The notes below the pieces were generated by a model. That model was not told the origin of the DNA, made no database searches, and saw nothing but the letters and a program-made list of their open reading frames with translations. Shown here piece by piece: positions 41,326-51,881 of a stretch of DNA of 64,000 bases (within the stretch, counting starts at the first letter, position 1; every line of letters begins with the position of its first letter). A program made the position numbers and the translations under genes. Source of the DNA: Candidatus Parcubacteria bacterium (GTDB lineage Bacteria > Patescibacteriota > Minisyncoccia > UBA6257 > HR35); NCBI GenBank assembly GCA_026004495.1, contig BPJG01000001.1, positions 277,133 to 341,132 on the forward strand, in the 5' to 3' direction.

Positions 41326-42102
41326 TTATTCTACAAGTTTTTCCTTTAAAAAATTAATTATTTGCTGATATAAATCTGGATGTTTATCAAAAATATAGGT
41401 TCCATGAAGATTATCATCGTAAACAACCTTGGTTGCCGATGGAGTTATAAGATTAAATGTATCTAATGAGGTATAAGATTGTATATCTTGTTTTGAAAAA
41501 ATAATTAAAATTTTATCTTCTAAATTTTTGTCTAAAAAATTATCAATAATTAACCCTCGATAATTTTTGCCTGGAGAAATTAAAATTGCAGCTTTAATAT
41601 CTTTATGTTGAGAAATAAATTGGAGACTAAGATTAGCTCCTATACTTGCTCCTATTAAAAATTGATATTTAAGATCAAACCCTTCCTTAGTTAAGAAATT
41701 GCTAACAGCCTTAATATCAAATATAGAATTTTGGTGTTCTTCATCGCTAAAATTTTTATAGTTTAATTTTCCTACCGAAGAATTAATGCTTTCTCCATGT
41801 CCCCTTAAATCGATAGCTACGGCGGAATAGCCATTTTTATTTAAGATTTTGGCTAATGTTTTCATGCTCTTTCTATCAGCAGGCATCATATGAATTAAAA
41901 TACCAACAAATTTACTCCCTGGAAGATAGTAGTAATCCCCAACAATTTCTACGCCATCATCTGTAAAAATAGAAATTTTTTTTATTTGATTATTATTTGA
42001 AGTTTTTGAAAATTCTAGCTTAGTTTTAATTAAATATCCAAAATAATAAATTATTATAATTAAAATTACTATAAAGAAAATAAAAAAAATATTAAATTTC
42101 AT
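41326..42102 (-). CDS. Membrane-anchored alpha/beta hydrolase
   Basis: DLRGHGES, GASIG nucleophile elbow, C-terminal HG. Confidence 0.88.
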   Translation of the reverse strand: MKFNIFFIFFIVILIIIIYYFGYLIKTKLEFSKTSNNNQIKKISIFTDDGVEIVGDYYYLPGSKFVGILIHMMPADRKSMKTLAKILNKNGYSAVAIDLRGHGESINSSVGKLNYKNFSDEEHQNSIFDIKAVSNFLTKEGFDLKYQFLIGASIGANLSLQFISQHKDIKAAILISPGKNYRGLIIDNFLDKNLEDKILIIFSKQDIQSYTSLDTFNLITPSATKVVYDDNLHGTYIFDKHPDLYQQIINFLKEKLVE

Positions 42103-42125
42103 TACTTAAATTATAAATCTTTTTG

Positions 42126-42200
42126 CGGGGATGACGGGATTTGAACCCGCGACCTCCTGCGTGACAGGCAGGCGCTCACTCCTGGCTGAGCTACATCCCC
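42126..42200 (-). tRNA. tRNA-Asp(GTC)
   Basis: CCTGC-CT-GTC-AC-GCAGG, G73, no CCA. Confidence 0.93.
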
Positions 42201-42383
42201 TTAAATTTTTTATTATAATCTTGATTTTCCTAACAAAAAAATTTATAATATTAATATAATAAAAATTTTGGATATTATTTAAATTATAGCATAAATAATT
42301 TTATCTAAAAAACTTTTAAATTAAAGTTTTTGATTAAAAAAATTTTAAGTACTTTTATTTTTTATTTTTTTTAGTTTTTTTAT

Positions 42384-42454
42384 TGCGGGGTGGTGGAGAA
42401 GTACCACGCGGGTCTCATAAGCCCGAGACGCAGGTGCAATTCCTGCCCCCGCAA
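42384..42454 (+). tRNA. tRNA-Met(CAT), initiator-like but non-canonical
   Basis: TGCGGGG...CGGGT-CT-CAT-AA-GCCCG...GCAGG-TGCAATT-CCTGC-CCCCGCA-A. Confidence 0.85.
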
Positions 42455-42577
42455 ATATTTTTATATATTTTTTTTATCCACAATAATATATTTTAACGAA
42501 ATAAATTTTGATATAATTTTATTTAATGGAAACCTATATTAATAGGTTTTTTTATTTTTACATAACAACTAAATCAA

Positions 42578-43036
42578 ATGCAGCGTCTTAAAAAGATATT
42601 TGTAATTTTGATATTTTTAATATATTTTTATTATACCAATTATGTAATCTCACCAACTGTTGCTATTGTTAACCCCTTAACTATAGAAGAAAATATTTTC
42701 TTAGATAACAATAAATATAATTTTAAAAATAAAACAAATCAAAAATACATAGTAGTGCTTACGGGGTATTCATCCAGTCCAGATGAAACTGATGATGATC
42801 CCTGGATTACTGCTTCAGGTGAGTGGGTATCTGATGGAACAGTAGCTTCTAATTTTCTATCATTAGGAACTAAAATTAAAATTCCAGAAATTTTTGGAGA
42901 TAAGATTTTTGTTGTAAAAGATAGGATGAATAAAAGATATGATAATAAAAATCATATTGATGTTTGGTTTCCTACTAAAGAAGAAGCTCTTGTTTTAGGA
43001 AAAAAAATAACTCAAATAATTGTAATTTCAGATTAA
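42578..43036 (+). CDS. 3D-domain (DPBB lytic transglycosylase-like) protein
   Basis: TGYSS...TD.DP.ITASG, VASN.L.LGTKI, VKDRM, IDVWF. Confidence 0.88.
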   Translation: MQRLKKIFVILIFLIYFYYTNYVISPTVAIVNPLTIEENIFLDNNKYNFKNKTNQKYIVVLTGYSSSPDETDDDPWITASGEWVSDGTVASNFLSLGTKIKIPEIFGDKIFVVKDRMNKRYDNKNHIDVWFPTKEEALVLGKKITQIIVISD

Positions 43037-44692
43037 ACTTCCAGTTACTCTTTCAACCTCTTCTAGGGTAGTAATTTTTTTTATAGCCCTTAAAATACCT
43101 GATTGCTTAAGATTAATAAAACCTGATAATTTTAAGGCCTCTAAAAGATTTTGTTCGTTAATTTCACCTTGATAGATAATTTTTTTAATATTTTCATTTA
43201 TTTCTAATAATTCTAAGATTGCTATCCTCCCTTTATAACCAGTATAGAAACAATTTTCACAACCTTGTGGCTTTAAAAGGCTAATTTTTTCAAAATTTAT
43301 ACTATTATAAATATCTTGAGGTATATAAGCTAAATTATTCTTAATAATAGTTAATAATCTTTCATCGGGATAATATTCTTGAGAACAATTATTACAAACT
43401 CTTCTTAATAAACGCTGGGCAATTACTAATTTTAAGGCTGATGGAATTAATGATCTATCTACTCCTAATTCAATTAGTCGTGGTATTGCCCCTAAAGAAT
43501 CATTCGTATGAAGAGTTGAGATAACTAAATGGCCAGTTAATGAAGCATTTATTGCGATTTTGGAAGTTTCTTCATCTCTAATTTCTCCAACTAAAATGAC
43601 ATCTGGATCTTGTCTTAAAATAGACCTTAATCCACTAGCGAAGGTATAATTTTCAGAAATATTTACTTGAGTTTGAGTAATGCCTTCAATTTGATATTCA
43701 ATAGGATCTTCGATAGTAATAATTTTGATTTCTGTTCTTTTAATTTTATTTAAAATAGCATAAAGAGTCGTCGTTTTACCGCTACCCGTTGGACCTGTAT
43801 TTAATATTAAACCATTTGGTTGATAGATATAATAATTAATTTTTTTTAATTCATAATCTTCAAACCCTAATTCTTCTAATGAAAGCATTATTTTTTCTGG
43901 ATTTAATAACCTCATAACTATTGTTTCATCGTAAGCGCTAGGAATTGTACTTACTCTAATATCAATTTTTTTATTACCCAAAGAAATAGAAAATCTGCCA
44001 TCTTGAGGCTTTTGAGTTATATTTAAAAACAATCCTGAAAATAATTTAATTCTATTTTTAATAATTAAATAAGAAGATTTATTTATTTGTGCCACTTCGT
44101 ATAAAATACCATCTATTCTTAGTTTGAAAATAACTTTATTTTCTAAGGGTTCCAAATGAATATCCGAGGAATCAAATTTAAAAGCTGCTGCCATTAGATA
44201 ATCTAAAATAAGTAATGGTTGTGAGCTTTGAATTTCATCAATTAATTTACCTAAATCTTCTTTTTGTTTCAGTTTCTCAATAATACTTTCAATTTTCTCC
44301 TCATTAATTTCTAAAATTTGAGTATACTTAGGTTTATCTTTTTTAATAAATTCATAATCAATAAAACCCCTTTCAAAACTTGATTTAGAAATAACACCTA
44401 AATCAATTGAATAGCCTTTTTGTTTAAGCTCCTCAATAAATTTTATAACCCTATCATCAGTAGGATCAACAACTCCCAAAATTAAATTATTGCCCTTTTT
44501 TTCTATAGGCAAAATGAGTAAATTATTGGCAGTTTCTTTATCTATTATTTTTAGAGCTTCGGGATTGAGATGTTTTATTTTAAGATTAAAATATTTCAAT
44601 TTTAAAACATCAGCTAATTTTTGGGCTAATTCTTCCTCTTCCTTTTCTCTTATTTTAATAATCAATTCATTTAAATCATTATCGTTTTGCAT
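43028..44692 (-). CDS. pilB: Type IV pilus assembly ATPase (PilB/GspE)
   Basis: SDIHLEP, RIDG, PQDGR, TGPTGSGKTTTLY, EDPIEY, LRQDPD, TGHLV.STLH, tetracysteine motif. Confidence 0.93.
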   Translation of the reverse strand: MQNDNDLNELIIKIREKEEEELAQKLADVLKLKYFNLKIKHLNPEALKIIDKETANNLLILPIEKKGNNLILGVVDPTDDRVIKFIEELKQKGYSIDLGVISKSSFERGFIDYEFIKKDKPKYTQILEINEEKIESIIEKLKQKEDLGKLIDEIQSSQPLLILDYLMAAAFKFDSSDIHLEPLENKVIFKLRIDGILYEVAQINKSSYLIIKNRIKLFSGLFLNITQKPQDGRFSISLGNKKIDIRVSTIPSAYDETIVMRLLNPEKIMLSLEELGFEDYELKKINYYIYQPNGLILNTGPTGSGKTTTLYAILNKIKRTEIKIITIEDPIEYQIEGITQTQVNISENYTFASGLRSILRQDPDVILVGEIRDEETSKIAINASLTGHLVISTLHTNDSLGAIPRLIELGVDRSLIPSALKLVIAQRLLRRVCNNCSQEYYPDERLLTIIKNNLAYIPQDIYNSINFEKISLLKPQGCENCFYTGYKGRIAILELLEINENIKKIIYQGEINEQNLLEALKLSGFINLKQSGILRAIKKITTLEEVERVTGSLI

Positions 44693-44734
44693 TTAAAATT
44701 ATTATAAAATACTTATAAAAAGCAAAAAGTTAAA

Positions 44735-46798
44735 ATGTTATTAATAAAAAGATTAATATTTAATATTCTTTTAATAATAGGATTTTTTAGCTTTATATTT
44801 TTTTCACTATTGTTTATTATTTCTGCTTATTTAATATATCAATTGCCACCATTAGAGGTAATTAATAATCCTACCAATTTAGGTGGTACTAGAATATATG
44901 ATAGATCGGGAAACATAATTTTATATGAAATTGGACTTAGAAGATATCCAGTAAAATATGAAGAAATACCTCAAAAAATAATCTTAGCTACCTTAGCAGC
45001 CGAAGATGATTCTTTTTTTACCCACAAAGGAATTAGTCTAAAAGGAATTATAAGATCTATAATTTTAAATTTAAAAGAAAGAAAATTAAATTATGGTGGT
45101 TCAACTATTACACAACAATTAGCTAAAAATTTATTTTTAACCAATGAAAAAAGTTTAATTAGAAAATTAAAAGAGATATTTTTAGCCCTTGAATTAGAAA
45201 GAAAATTTAGTAAAGAAAAAATATTAGAGCTTTATCTAAATTCTATTAATTATGGTGGTGGAAACATAGGAATTAAAGCAGCGGCTGATTTTTATTTTAA
45301 TAAAAATTTAACTGAATTAAATTGGTCAGAGGTAGCTATTTTAAGTAGTATTCCTAAATCTCCGCGAAATTATACTCCTATTTATGAAGAAAATATAAAA
45401 AGGTTAAAAGAGAGACGTAATCTTATTTTAAAAAGATTACTTAATTTAGGTTGGATATCAAAAGATGAATATTTTTTAGCTATCAACAAAGAAATATCAA
45501 TCTCTCAAAAAAAATATTCAAAAATTTCAGCACCTCATTTTGTTTTAAAGGTTAGAAAAATATTAGAAAACATGTATCCTAATTTAGATTTAGAAACAGC
45601 AGGCTTAAAAGTTATTACTACTTTAAATTATCAGTATCAAAAAATCGCTGAAGAGATTATAAAAGAAAAAGCTAAAGAGAATGAAATAAAATATAAAGCT
45701 AAAAATGCTAGTTTATTAATGATGGATACAAAAACAGGAGAAATATTAGTCATGGTAGGCTCTAGAGATTTTTTTGATAATTCTATTCAGGGCCAAGTAA
45801 ATATGACTACTTGGCCAAGACAGCCTGGATCAGTATTTAAACCTATTTCTTATATAACTCTTTTTCAATTAGGTTATCCAATAGAAACTATTATCTTTGA
45901 TACTCCTACTAATTTTGGTACATTTAATAATCCTTATAAACCTAATAATTTTGATAAAAAATTCAAGGGGCCTATAAATCTTAAACAAGCTTTAGCTGAA
46001 TCAAGAAATATTCCTGCTGTTAAAGTTTTTTACTTGACTAATCCAGAAAGAATTATAGAAAATGCCAAAAAATTTGGTATTACCTCAATTAAAGATTATA
46101 AAAATTATGGACTATCGTTAGCCCTAGGAACGGCTGAGATTAGTATGATTGAAATGGTTAAAGCTTATAGCGTTTTCGCTAATGACGGAGAGCTTATTAG
46201 TCAATCTTTAATTTTAAAGATTTTAAATGATAAAAATGAAGTAATTTATGAGTATAAACCCAAGAAAGAAAGAGTAATAGATTATCAATCAGTTAGAATG
46301 TTAAATTTAATATTAAAAGATTTTGAAGCAAGGAGGGGGTTATTTCAAAACAGCATAAAATTTACTAAGATAGATGATTATGATATAGCTATTAAAACGG
46401 GAACTTCACAATTTTATCGTGATGCCTGGACATTTGGTTATAGTCCAAACTTTGTAATAGCTGTTTGGGCAGGTAATACAGATGGTAAACGAATTCCCGA
46501 AGGTTTAAGTATAGTTTTAACACTTCCTATTTGGCATGAATTTACCAGTAAAATTATTAAAGATTATCCTAAAACTAGATTTTTAAATCCTATTCCTTAT
46601 AAAGTAAATAAGCCTATGTTAAATGGTGAATGGTTTAGTGATTATGGTATTCATGATATATTATTCTATGTTGATAAAAATAACCCCTTAGGTCCTATAC
46701 CTAAAAATCCTTATTTAGATCCACAATTTTTAAATTGGGAAGAGGGTGTTAATTGGTGGCTTCAAAGATCAGAATATTTTCCGGAAAATGAATTTTAA
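44735..46798 (+). CDS. Class A penicillin-binding protein
   Basis: EDDSFFTHKG, GGSTITQQLAKN, RKLKE, PGSVFK (SxxK), SRN, KTGT. Confidence 0.95.
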   Translation: MLLIKRLIFNILLIIGFFSFIFFSLLFIISAYLIYQLPPLEVINNPTNLGGTRIYDRSGNIILYEIGLRRYPVKYEEIPQKIILATLAAEDDSFFTHKGISLKGIIRSIILNLKERKLNYGGSTITQQLAKNLFLTNEKSLIRKLKEIFLALELERKFSKEKILELYLNSINYGGGNIGIKAAADFYFNKNLTELNWSEVAILSSIPKSPRNYTPIYEENIKRLKERRNLILKRLLNLGWISKDEYFLAINKEISISQKKYSKISAPHFVLKVRKILENMYPNLDLETAGLKVITTLNYQYQKIAEEIIKEKAKENEIKYKAKNASLLMMDTKTGEILVMVGSRDFFDNSIQGQVNMTTWPRQPGSVFKPISYITLFQLGYPIETIIFDTPTNFGTFNNPYKPNNFDKKFKGPINLKQALAESRNIPAVKVFYLTNPERIIENAKKFGITSIKDYKNYGLSLALGTAEISMIEMVKAYSVFANDGELISQSLILKILNDKNEVIYEYKPKKERVIDYQSVRMLNLILKDFEARRGLFQNSIKFTKIDDYDIAIKTGTSQFYRDAWTFGYSPNFVIAVWAGNTDGKRIPEGLSIVLTLPIWHEFTSKIIKDYPKTRFLNPIPYKVNKPMLNGEWFSDYGIHDILFYVDKNNPLGPIPKNPYLDPQFLNWEEGVNWWLQRSEYFPENEF

Positions 46799-46964
46799 TA
46801 ATAGTTTCAATATGATTTTTTGTATAAAAATTAATTTTTTCTTTTGATTTTATAATAATTTTATTATTAAAAATATTTATTTTTAGGTTTAAATCTGGAT
46901 AATTATCTTTTATTTCTTTGGCTATTATAAGAATCTTATCTTTAGATAGATTTATTTTATCCAT
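46749..46964 (-). CDS. Small hypothetical protein downstream of dnaN (possibly DciA-like)
   Basis: 71 aa, 5 bp after the dnaN stop. The family guess rests only on position and size. Confidence 0.35.
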   Translation of the reverse strand: MDKINLSKDKILIIAKEIKDNYPDLNLKINIFNNKIIIKSKEKINFYTKNHIETIIKIHFPENILIFEATN

Positions 46965-46969
46965 AATAA

Positions 46970-48097
46970 CTAAAAAGGCATTAAAATATAAATAAAATCA
47001 TCTTCTAAGGGAGATTTTATTAAGATTGGTTTGATATTAATATCTGATGGTAAGTTTATTCCTAGAAAAATCTTCTCACTATCTATAGATTTAATACCAT
47101 CCAAGAGAAAATCTAAATTAAAAGACATTTCAAAATTATCGTCAATATTGATATAATTTATATCAAAAAATACTTTATTAATATTTTCTCCAATTAATTC
47201 ATTTTTGGTATAAAAATCAATACTTTTTTCTTGAATATTAAATTTAATTTTTAATTCTTTAGTTTTATCCATAAAAACATTATTTAATTTAATAACCTTT
47301 AATATTTCATCTTTATTAACAATAATTTCTAAATTAAAATCCTGGGGAATAATTTGTTGATAATCAGGGTAATCAATGGTTAATAACTTAGAAATTAAAA
47401 CTTGATCTTCTAAATCTAATGTTATTTGATTTTCTTCTATGTAAATTTTTGTTTTAATTGGTTTTTTTCTTATTTTTAAAAATTCATCAATGATTTTAAA
47501 AGGAATTAAAATTTTTATTTCTTTTTTTATATTTGTTAAAATAATATCTTTTTTTAATTTAAATTCACTTAATCTTATTGAATCGGTACTTACTAATTTT
47601 AAATAATTATTATCTAACCAAAAATAAACACCAGCAAATTCAGGTTTAATTAAATTAGCTGTTTTAATAGGATTTATTATTTTTTCTAAAATTTTTTCAA
47701 ATAAAATACTATCAATTTCTATATATTCATTATTTGAAAATTCAGGTAATAAAGGAAATTCTTCTTCACTAATACTTACTAAACTACAAAAAATATTATT
47801 TCCTCTAATAATTAAATTATTTTCTTTTGTTTCTAAATTAACCTCGTCTTCATAAAAATTATTAATAATTTCTAAAAATTGTTTAGCTGGGATTAAAAAT
47901 TCACCATCTTCCTTGATATTTCCTATTATAGTAGCTTGATAAGATATTTCTAAATCTGTAGATACTAAAAATATTTTTTTATTTTTGGTATAAATCTTAA
48001 AAAAATTTAAAATATTAAGATCAGATTTTTTAGGAGTAATTCTATTAATTATTAATAACTTATCTAATAATGATTGTTTTAAAACACTTAACTTCAT
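46970..48097 (-). CDS. dnaN: DNA polymerase III beta clamp
   Basis: STDLEI, EEFP.LP, VSTDSIRL, YPDYQQIIP, FN..FLLD, YILMP. Confidence 0.95.
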   Translation of the reverse strand: MKLSVLKQSLLDKLLIINRITPKKSDLNILNFFKIYTKNKKIFLVSTDLEISYQATIIGNIKEDGEFLIPAKQFLEIINNFYEDEVNLETKENNLIIRGNNIFCSLVSISEEEFPLLPEFSNNEYIEIDSILFEKILEKIINPIKTANLIKPEFAGVYFWLDNNYLKLVSTDSIRLSEFKLKKDIILTNIKKEIKILIPFKIIDEFLKIRKKPIKTKIYIEENQITLDLEDQVLISKLLTIDYPDYQQIIPQDFNLEIIVNKDEILKVIKLNNVFMDKTKELKIKFNIQEKSIDFYTKNELIGENINKVFFDINYINIDDNFEMSFNLDFLLDGIKSIDSEKIFLGINLPSDINIKPILIKSPLEDDFIYILMPF

Positions 48098-48235
48098 TAT
48101 TTTTAATTATAAAATAAAGTAATTAATATTAATAATAATTTTTGTTAATATGTGGATAATTTATAAAAAATATAAAAAAACAAATTTATTTAAAAATTTT
48201 TATATGTTAATAAATTCTTAATAATATTTTAATAT
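48098..48235. other. Probable oriC unwinding region (dnaA-dnaN intergenic)
   Basis: The minus strand reads TTATCCACA (48159-48151), TATTAACA, then a TTATTATTAATATTAATTACT trio-like AT tract just before dnaN. Confidence 0.6.
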
Positions 48236-49591
48236 TTAATTTAAAATTTTTTCTTTTAAAATTTCTATTTCTTGATAGAGATCTAAATTATTTTTAATTT
48301 CTTTTTCTATTTTTTCATATGAATAAAGGATAGTTGTATGATCTCTTTTATTTAATAAATCGCCAATAAAAGAATAAGAGAATTTACCAACCTCTCTTAA
48401 TAAATAAATTAAAATTTGTCTTGGCTTTATAACTTCTTTTTTCCTTATTTTTTTTATTAAATCATCTTCTTTAATGTTATAGAATTCTGATATTATTTTT
48501 AGAATCTTTTTATAAGAAACTCTTCTAAGGTTTTGTTTAAGATATTCATTTATTAAATTTAAAACCTTACTTTCATCATAATTATTTAACCTACTAAGCT
48601 TAAAAGCGATATAATTTAGACAACCTTCTAATTCTCTAATATTTTTAGTTATTTTTTGGGCTAATAATTCTAAGATTTGATCAGAAAGAAAATAACTCTT
48701 TTCCTGATTTTTTATTTTTAAGATAGCTAACCTAGTTTCATAATCAGGTGGAGTAATATCAATAATTAATCCTCCCTCAAATCTTGATTGAAGTCTTTCT
48801 TCAATATCTGGTATTAATCTAGGCGGTCTATCTGAAGAAAAAATTATTTGTTTTTTTAAGTTATAAAGTTCATTGAAAGTATGAAATAATTCTTCTTGTG
48901 ATTTATTTTTTCCTGATAAAAAATGAACATCATCTAAAATTAAAACATCAATTTCTCTAAACTTTTGTCTAAATTCATCAATATTTTGATTTTTAAGAGA
49001 ATTAATTAAATCATTAGTAAATTGTTCAGTAGTAGCATATCTAACTTTTTTACTTAAGCCATATTTTTTAATAACTTCATTTCCTATTGCTTGTAAAAGA
49101 TGGGTTTTTCCTAATCCTACTCCACCATAAATAAATAAAGGATTTATTTTTTCTCCCAAATTATTAACAACTCCTTGAGCTGCAGCAAAAGCTAATTCAT
49201 TATTGCTTCCAATAACAAAATTTTCAAATCTATATCTTGGGTTTAAATTAGTTGAAGGATTTGTTTCAAAAATAGTTAAGTGTTGTTGATAAGAAATTTT
49301 TTTAAATATACTTTTTTTGTAATAAAATTGTGATTTATTTACTTCTATAATATAATCTATTTTCTTTAAATCAGGTAAAAATTCTTTAGCTGTTTTAATT
49401 AATAAAATATTAAATTTGTTTTCAAGCCAATTTTTTACTAATTTATTAGGTACTGCTATTTTTAAAACTCCATTAAAAAATTGAAATGGTTCAACATTAG
49501 TAAACCAAGTTTTTAAAATAGCCTTAGGTATTTGTTTTTCTAAATTTTCTAATATTCTTAACCAATTTTCCTTTAAAAGATTATTTTCCAT
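48236..49591 (-). CDS. dnaA: Chromosomal replication initiator
   Basis: LNPRYRFENFV.G..N, NPLFIYGGVGLGKTHL, DDVHF, QEELFHTFN, RLQSRF, NIRELEG, RDHTTI. Confidence 0.98.
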   Translation of the reverse strand: MENNLLKENWLRILENLEKQIPKAILKTWFTNVEPFQFFNGVLKIAVPNKLVKNWLENKFNILLIKTAKEFLPDLKKIDYIIEVNKSQFYYKKSIFKKISYQQHLTIFETNPSTNLNPRYRFENFVIGSNNELAFAAAQGVVNNLGEKINPLFIYGGVGLGKTHLLQAIGNEVIKKYGLSKKVRYATTEQFTNDLINSLKNQNIDEFRQKFREIDVLILDDVHFLSGKNKSQEELFHTFNELYNLKKQIIFSSDRPPRLIPDIEERLQSRFEGGLIIDITPPDYETRLAILKIKNQEKSYFLSDQILELLAQKITKNIRELEGCLNYIAFKLSRLNNYDESKVLNLINEYLKQNLRRVSYKKILKIISEFYNIKEDDLIKKIRKKEVIKPRQILIYLLREVGKFSYSFIGDLLNKRDHTTILYSYEKIEKEIKNNLDLYQEIEILKEKILN

Positions 49592-49730
49592 AGAAAAATA
49601 AATTTTTTATATTATAATTATATTAAAGCTTAAGACAAAATTAAAATAAGGTAAATTATAATAATTATAAGTACTTTCGTCAATCTTTATTAAGTTAACT
49701 TAAATAATAATTATATATCTTAAATTTTAA

Positions 49731-49865
49731 ATGATAAAAATTAAAAAAATTAGCCTTAAAAAAAGAAAAAGGAAAATAGGGTTTTTATCAAGAAATAAGA
49801 CCAAGGGTGGGCAAAAAATAATTTCTCAAAGAAGAAGGAAAGGAAGAAAAAGATTAGCTGGTTAA
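49731..49865 (+). CDS. rpmH: 50S ribosomal protein L34 (not in the ORF track)
   Basis: MIKIKKISLKKRKRKIGFLSRNKTKGGQKIISQRRRKGRKRLAG, in the canonical position between dnaA and rnpA. Confidence 0.92.
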   Translation: MIKIKKISLKKRKRKIGFLSRNKTKGGQKIISQRRRKGRKRLAG

Positions 49866-50173
49866 TGTTAGCTAAAAAATTTAGATTTAAAAATTTTAAT
49901 TTTAAAAATTTTTTTAAATCAGATAAAATAAAAGCCGACAATTTTTTAGTTTATAGATTAAATTATAATAGTCAAAAAAAATTTGCTGTTTGGCCTTCTA
50001 AAAAAATATTTAAAAAAGCAGTTGAAAGAAATAAAATAAAAAGACAAATTTATGAAATTATTAAAAATAAAATAAATAAAATAGAAGATGGTTATTATTT
50101 AATAATTCCCTTAAAAAAAATAAAATTTGATATTTTAAAAAGAGAATTATTAAAAATTTTTATTAAACAATAA
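49865..50173 (+). CDS. rnpA: RNase P protein component
   Basis: SKK..KKAVERNKIKR motif and synteny. Confidence 0.9.
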   Translation: MLAKKFRFKNFNFKNFFKSDKIKADNFLVYRLNYNSQKKFAVWPSKKIFKKAVERNKIKRQIYEIIKNKINKIEDGYYLIIPLKKIKFDILKRELLKIFIKQ

Positions 50174-50781
50174 TGAAAGATATTTTTTATTCATATTTAG
50201 TTAATCCTATTATTTTAATATGCTTATATATTTTTTATTTCATAAAAGATGCCGGCTTAACAATTATAATAATAACTTTTTTTTTAAAAATAACACTTTT
50301 GCCTTTAAATTATATTATTTATCAAGAAGAAGAAAAGATTAAAAAGGTTAATAAAAAAATTAATGAAACTACAAAAAACATAAAAGATTTAGTTAAAAAA
50401 TCGGAGATAATATCTAAAATTTACAAAGAAGAAGGAATATCACCCTTTAAAAATCTTTTTCTCCAATTAATAAACTTACCTATTTTGATAGCTGTTTTTA
50501 TTGCTATTCCTCAGTTTTTAAATAAAATTAATAATTATTTCTTATTTAATTTTATGAATTTAAAATCTCCTAACATTACCTTAGGATTAATAGTTTTTAT
50601 GGCTCAATTATTATTAATTTTTTTCTTAACTGCTCCTGAACAAAGAAAGATCTCCTTATTTATCTCTTCACTTCTTGCTCCAATATTTTTTATTATTCCT
50701 TCAGGTTTATTGATTTATATTTTTGCTACTATTATATTTACTCTTTTAGAGCGAAAGGTTATCTTTGTTAATAAAGTATAA
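50173..50781 (+). CDS. yidC: YidC/Oxa1 membrane insertase (short form)
   Basis: GLTIIIIT..LK..LLPL, IYKEEGISP, PSGLLIY, and synteny. Confidence 0.85.
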   Translation: MKDIFYSYLVNPIILICLYIFYFIKDAGLTIIIITFFLKITLLPLNYIIYQEEEKIKKVNKKINETTKNIKDLVKKSEIISKIYKEEGISPFKNLFLQLINLPILIAVFIAIPQFLNKINNYFLFNFMNLKSPNITLGLIVFMAQLLLIFFLTAPEQRKISLFISSLLAPIFFIIPSGLLIYIFATIIFTLLERKVIFVNKV

Positions 50782-51876
50782 TTTAGCATCATTTCTGTTG
50801 TAAAAAATAATCCCTAGGGGCGTTAATTTAGGTTGGATGATATCAAAATCGCCGTCTATTTTCACTACTTGGAAAAAATCTTTTTGGGGATCATAAATTA
50901 TTAAATTATCATTAAATGATGACTTTAAATAATACCAATTTTCAATTTTGTTAAACCCTTGATCTTTAGGTACACCACAAATAAGCAATTCTTCGAAGGT
51001 ACACTTTTCTTTAATCGTACCAAAGGTAAATTCTTTACTGATGACATTATTTCTTCCATCAATTAATAATGACTTCCAAGAGTTTTCAATAAATGAAGCG
51101 AAAACTAAATCATTTTTATTAGTTATAAAACTCAAATATCTTTTAGGTGGGAAAATTAATTCTATACTTTTATTCATTTTTTTTAAATAAAGAGGTGAGG
51201 CAGGTGAATATTTCAAATTTTCAGCAATTAAAATTCCGTTAGTTAAAAAATCTATGTCAGGATTAAGAATAAATATATCCATAAAACGCGTTTCATTATC
51301 TTGAAATTTTGCTAAATAACCATTAGTAGTTAATCCTGAAATAAAAAGATAGGGGGTGTTTTGATAAAAAAATACCTTTTGAGTTAAGTAATTTAAAGAA
51401 TATTTTTTATCTTTTAAACGATCAATAAGATAAAATACATTTTTAGACTTTATAAAGAATCTATCGTTATTATTTGAGGGAAATAAAGCATAGATTATAT
51501 TTTCGTCCTTATATAATTCTTTATAAGATTTATCTTCAATATTATAAGTTCTTACTGTTTTAGATTGGGGGTCATAGGCATATACTTCGGGATAATTTAT
51601 ATTTGGAGAAATTAGGGGAAAGTCAAATAATAAAATTGGCTTTTTAGTAGTTTCCGTTAGCGAGGTTGTTGATATAATGTTTTCTAGGGTTGATGTTAGT
51701 GAGGGCAAATCTCTAGACTCTTTAATAGATTCTTCTTCTTTAATAGTAGATTCAGGTTCTTCTAAAAAAATAGTTTTTTCTGGTTTTTTAATAAAATATT
51801 CCTTATAAATTAAAATAACGAAAGCAATAAAAACTATTAAACCTAAACCAATAAAGATTTTTCTAATTAAATTCAT
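50746..51876 (-). CDS. Membrane-anchored beta-propeller-like protein of the T4SS-like cluster
   Basis: N-terminal TM. EKC....ICGVP...WY....SFND in the C-terminal region. Confidence 0.5.
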   Translation of the reverse strand: MNLIRKIFIGLGLIVFIAFVILIYKEYFIKKPEKTIFLEEPESTIKEEESIKESRDLPSLTSTLENIISTTSLTETTKKPILLFDFPLISPNINYPEVYAYDPQSKTVRTYNIEDKSYKELYKDENIIYALFPSNNNDRFFIKSKNVFYLIDRLKDKKYSLNYLTQKVFFYQNTPYLFISGLTTNGYLAKFQDNETRFMDIFILNPDIDFLTNGILIAENLKYSPASPLYLKKMNKSIELIFPPKRYLSFITNKNDLVFASFIENSWKSLLIDGRNNVISKEFTFGTIKEKCTFEELLICGVPKDQGFNKIENWYYLKSSFNDNLIIYDPQKDFFQVVKIDGDFDIIQPKLTPLGIIFYNRNDAKLYFINKDNLSL

Positions 51877-51881
51877 TTAAA

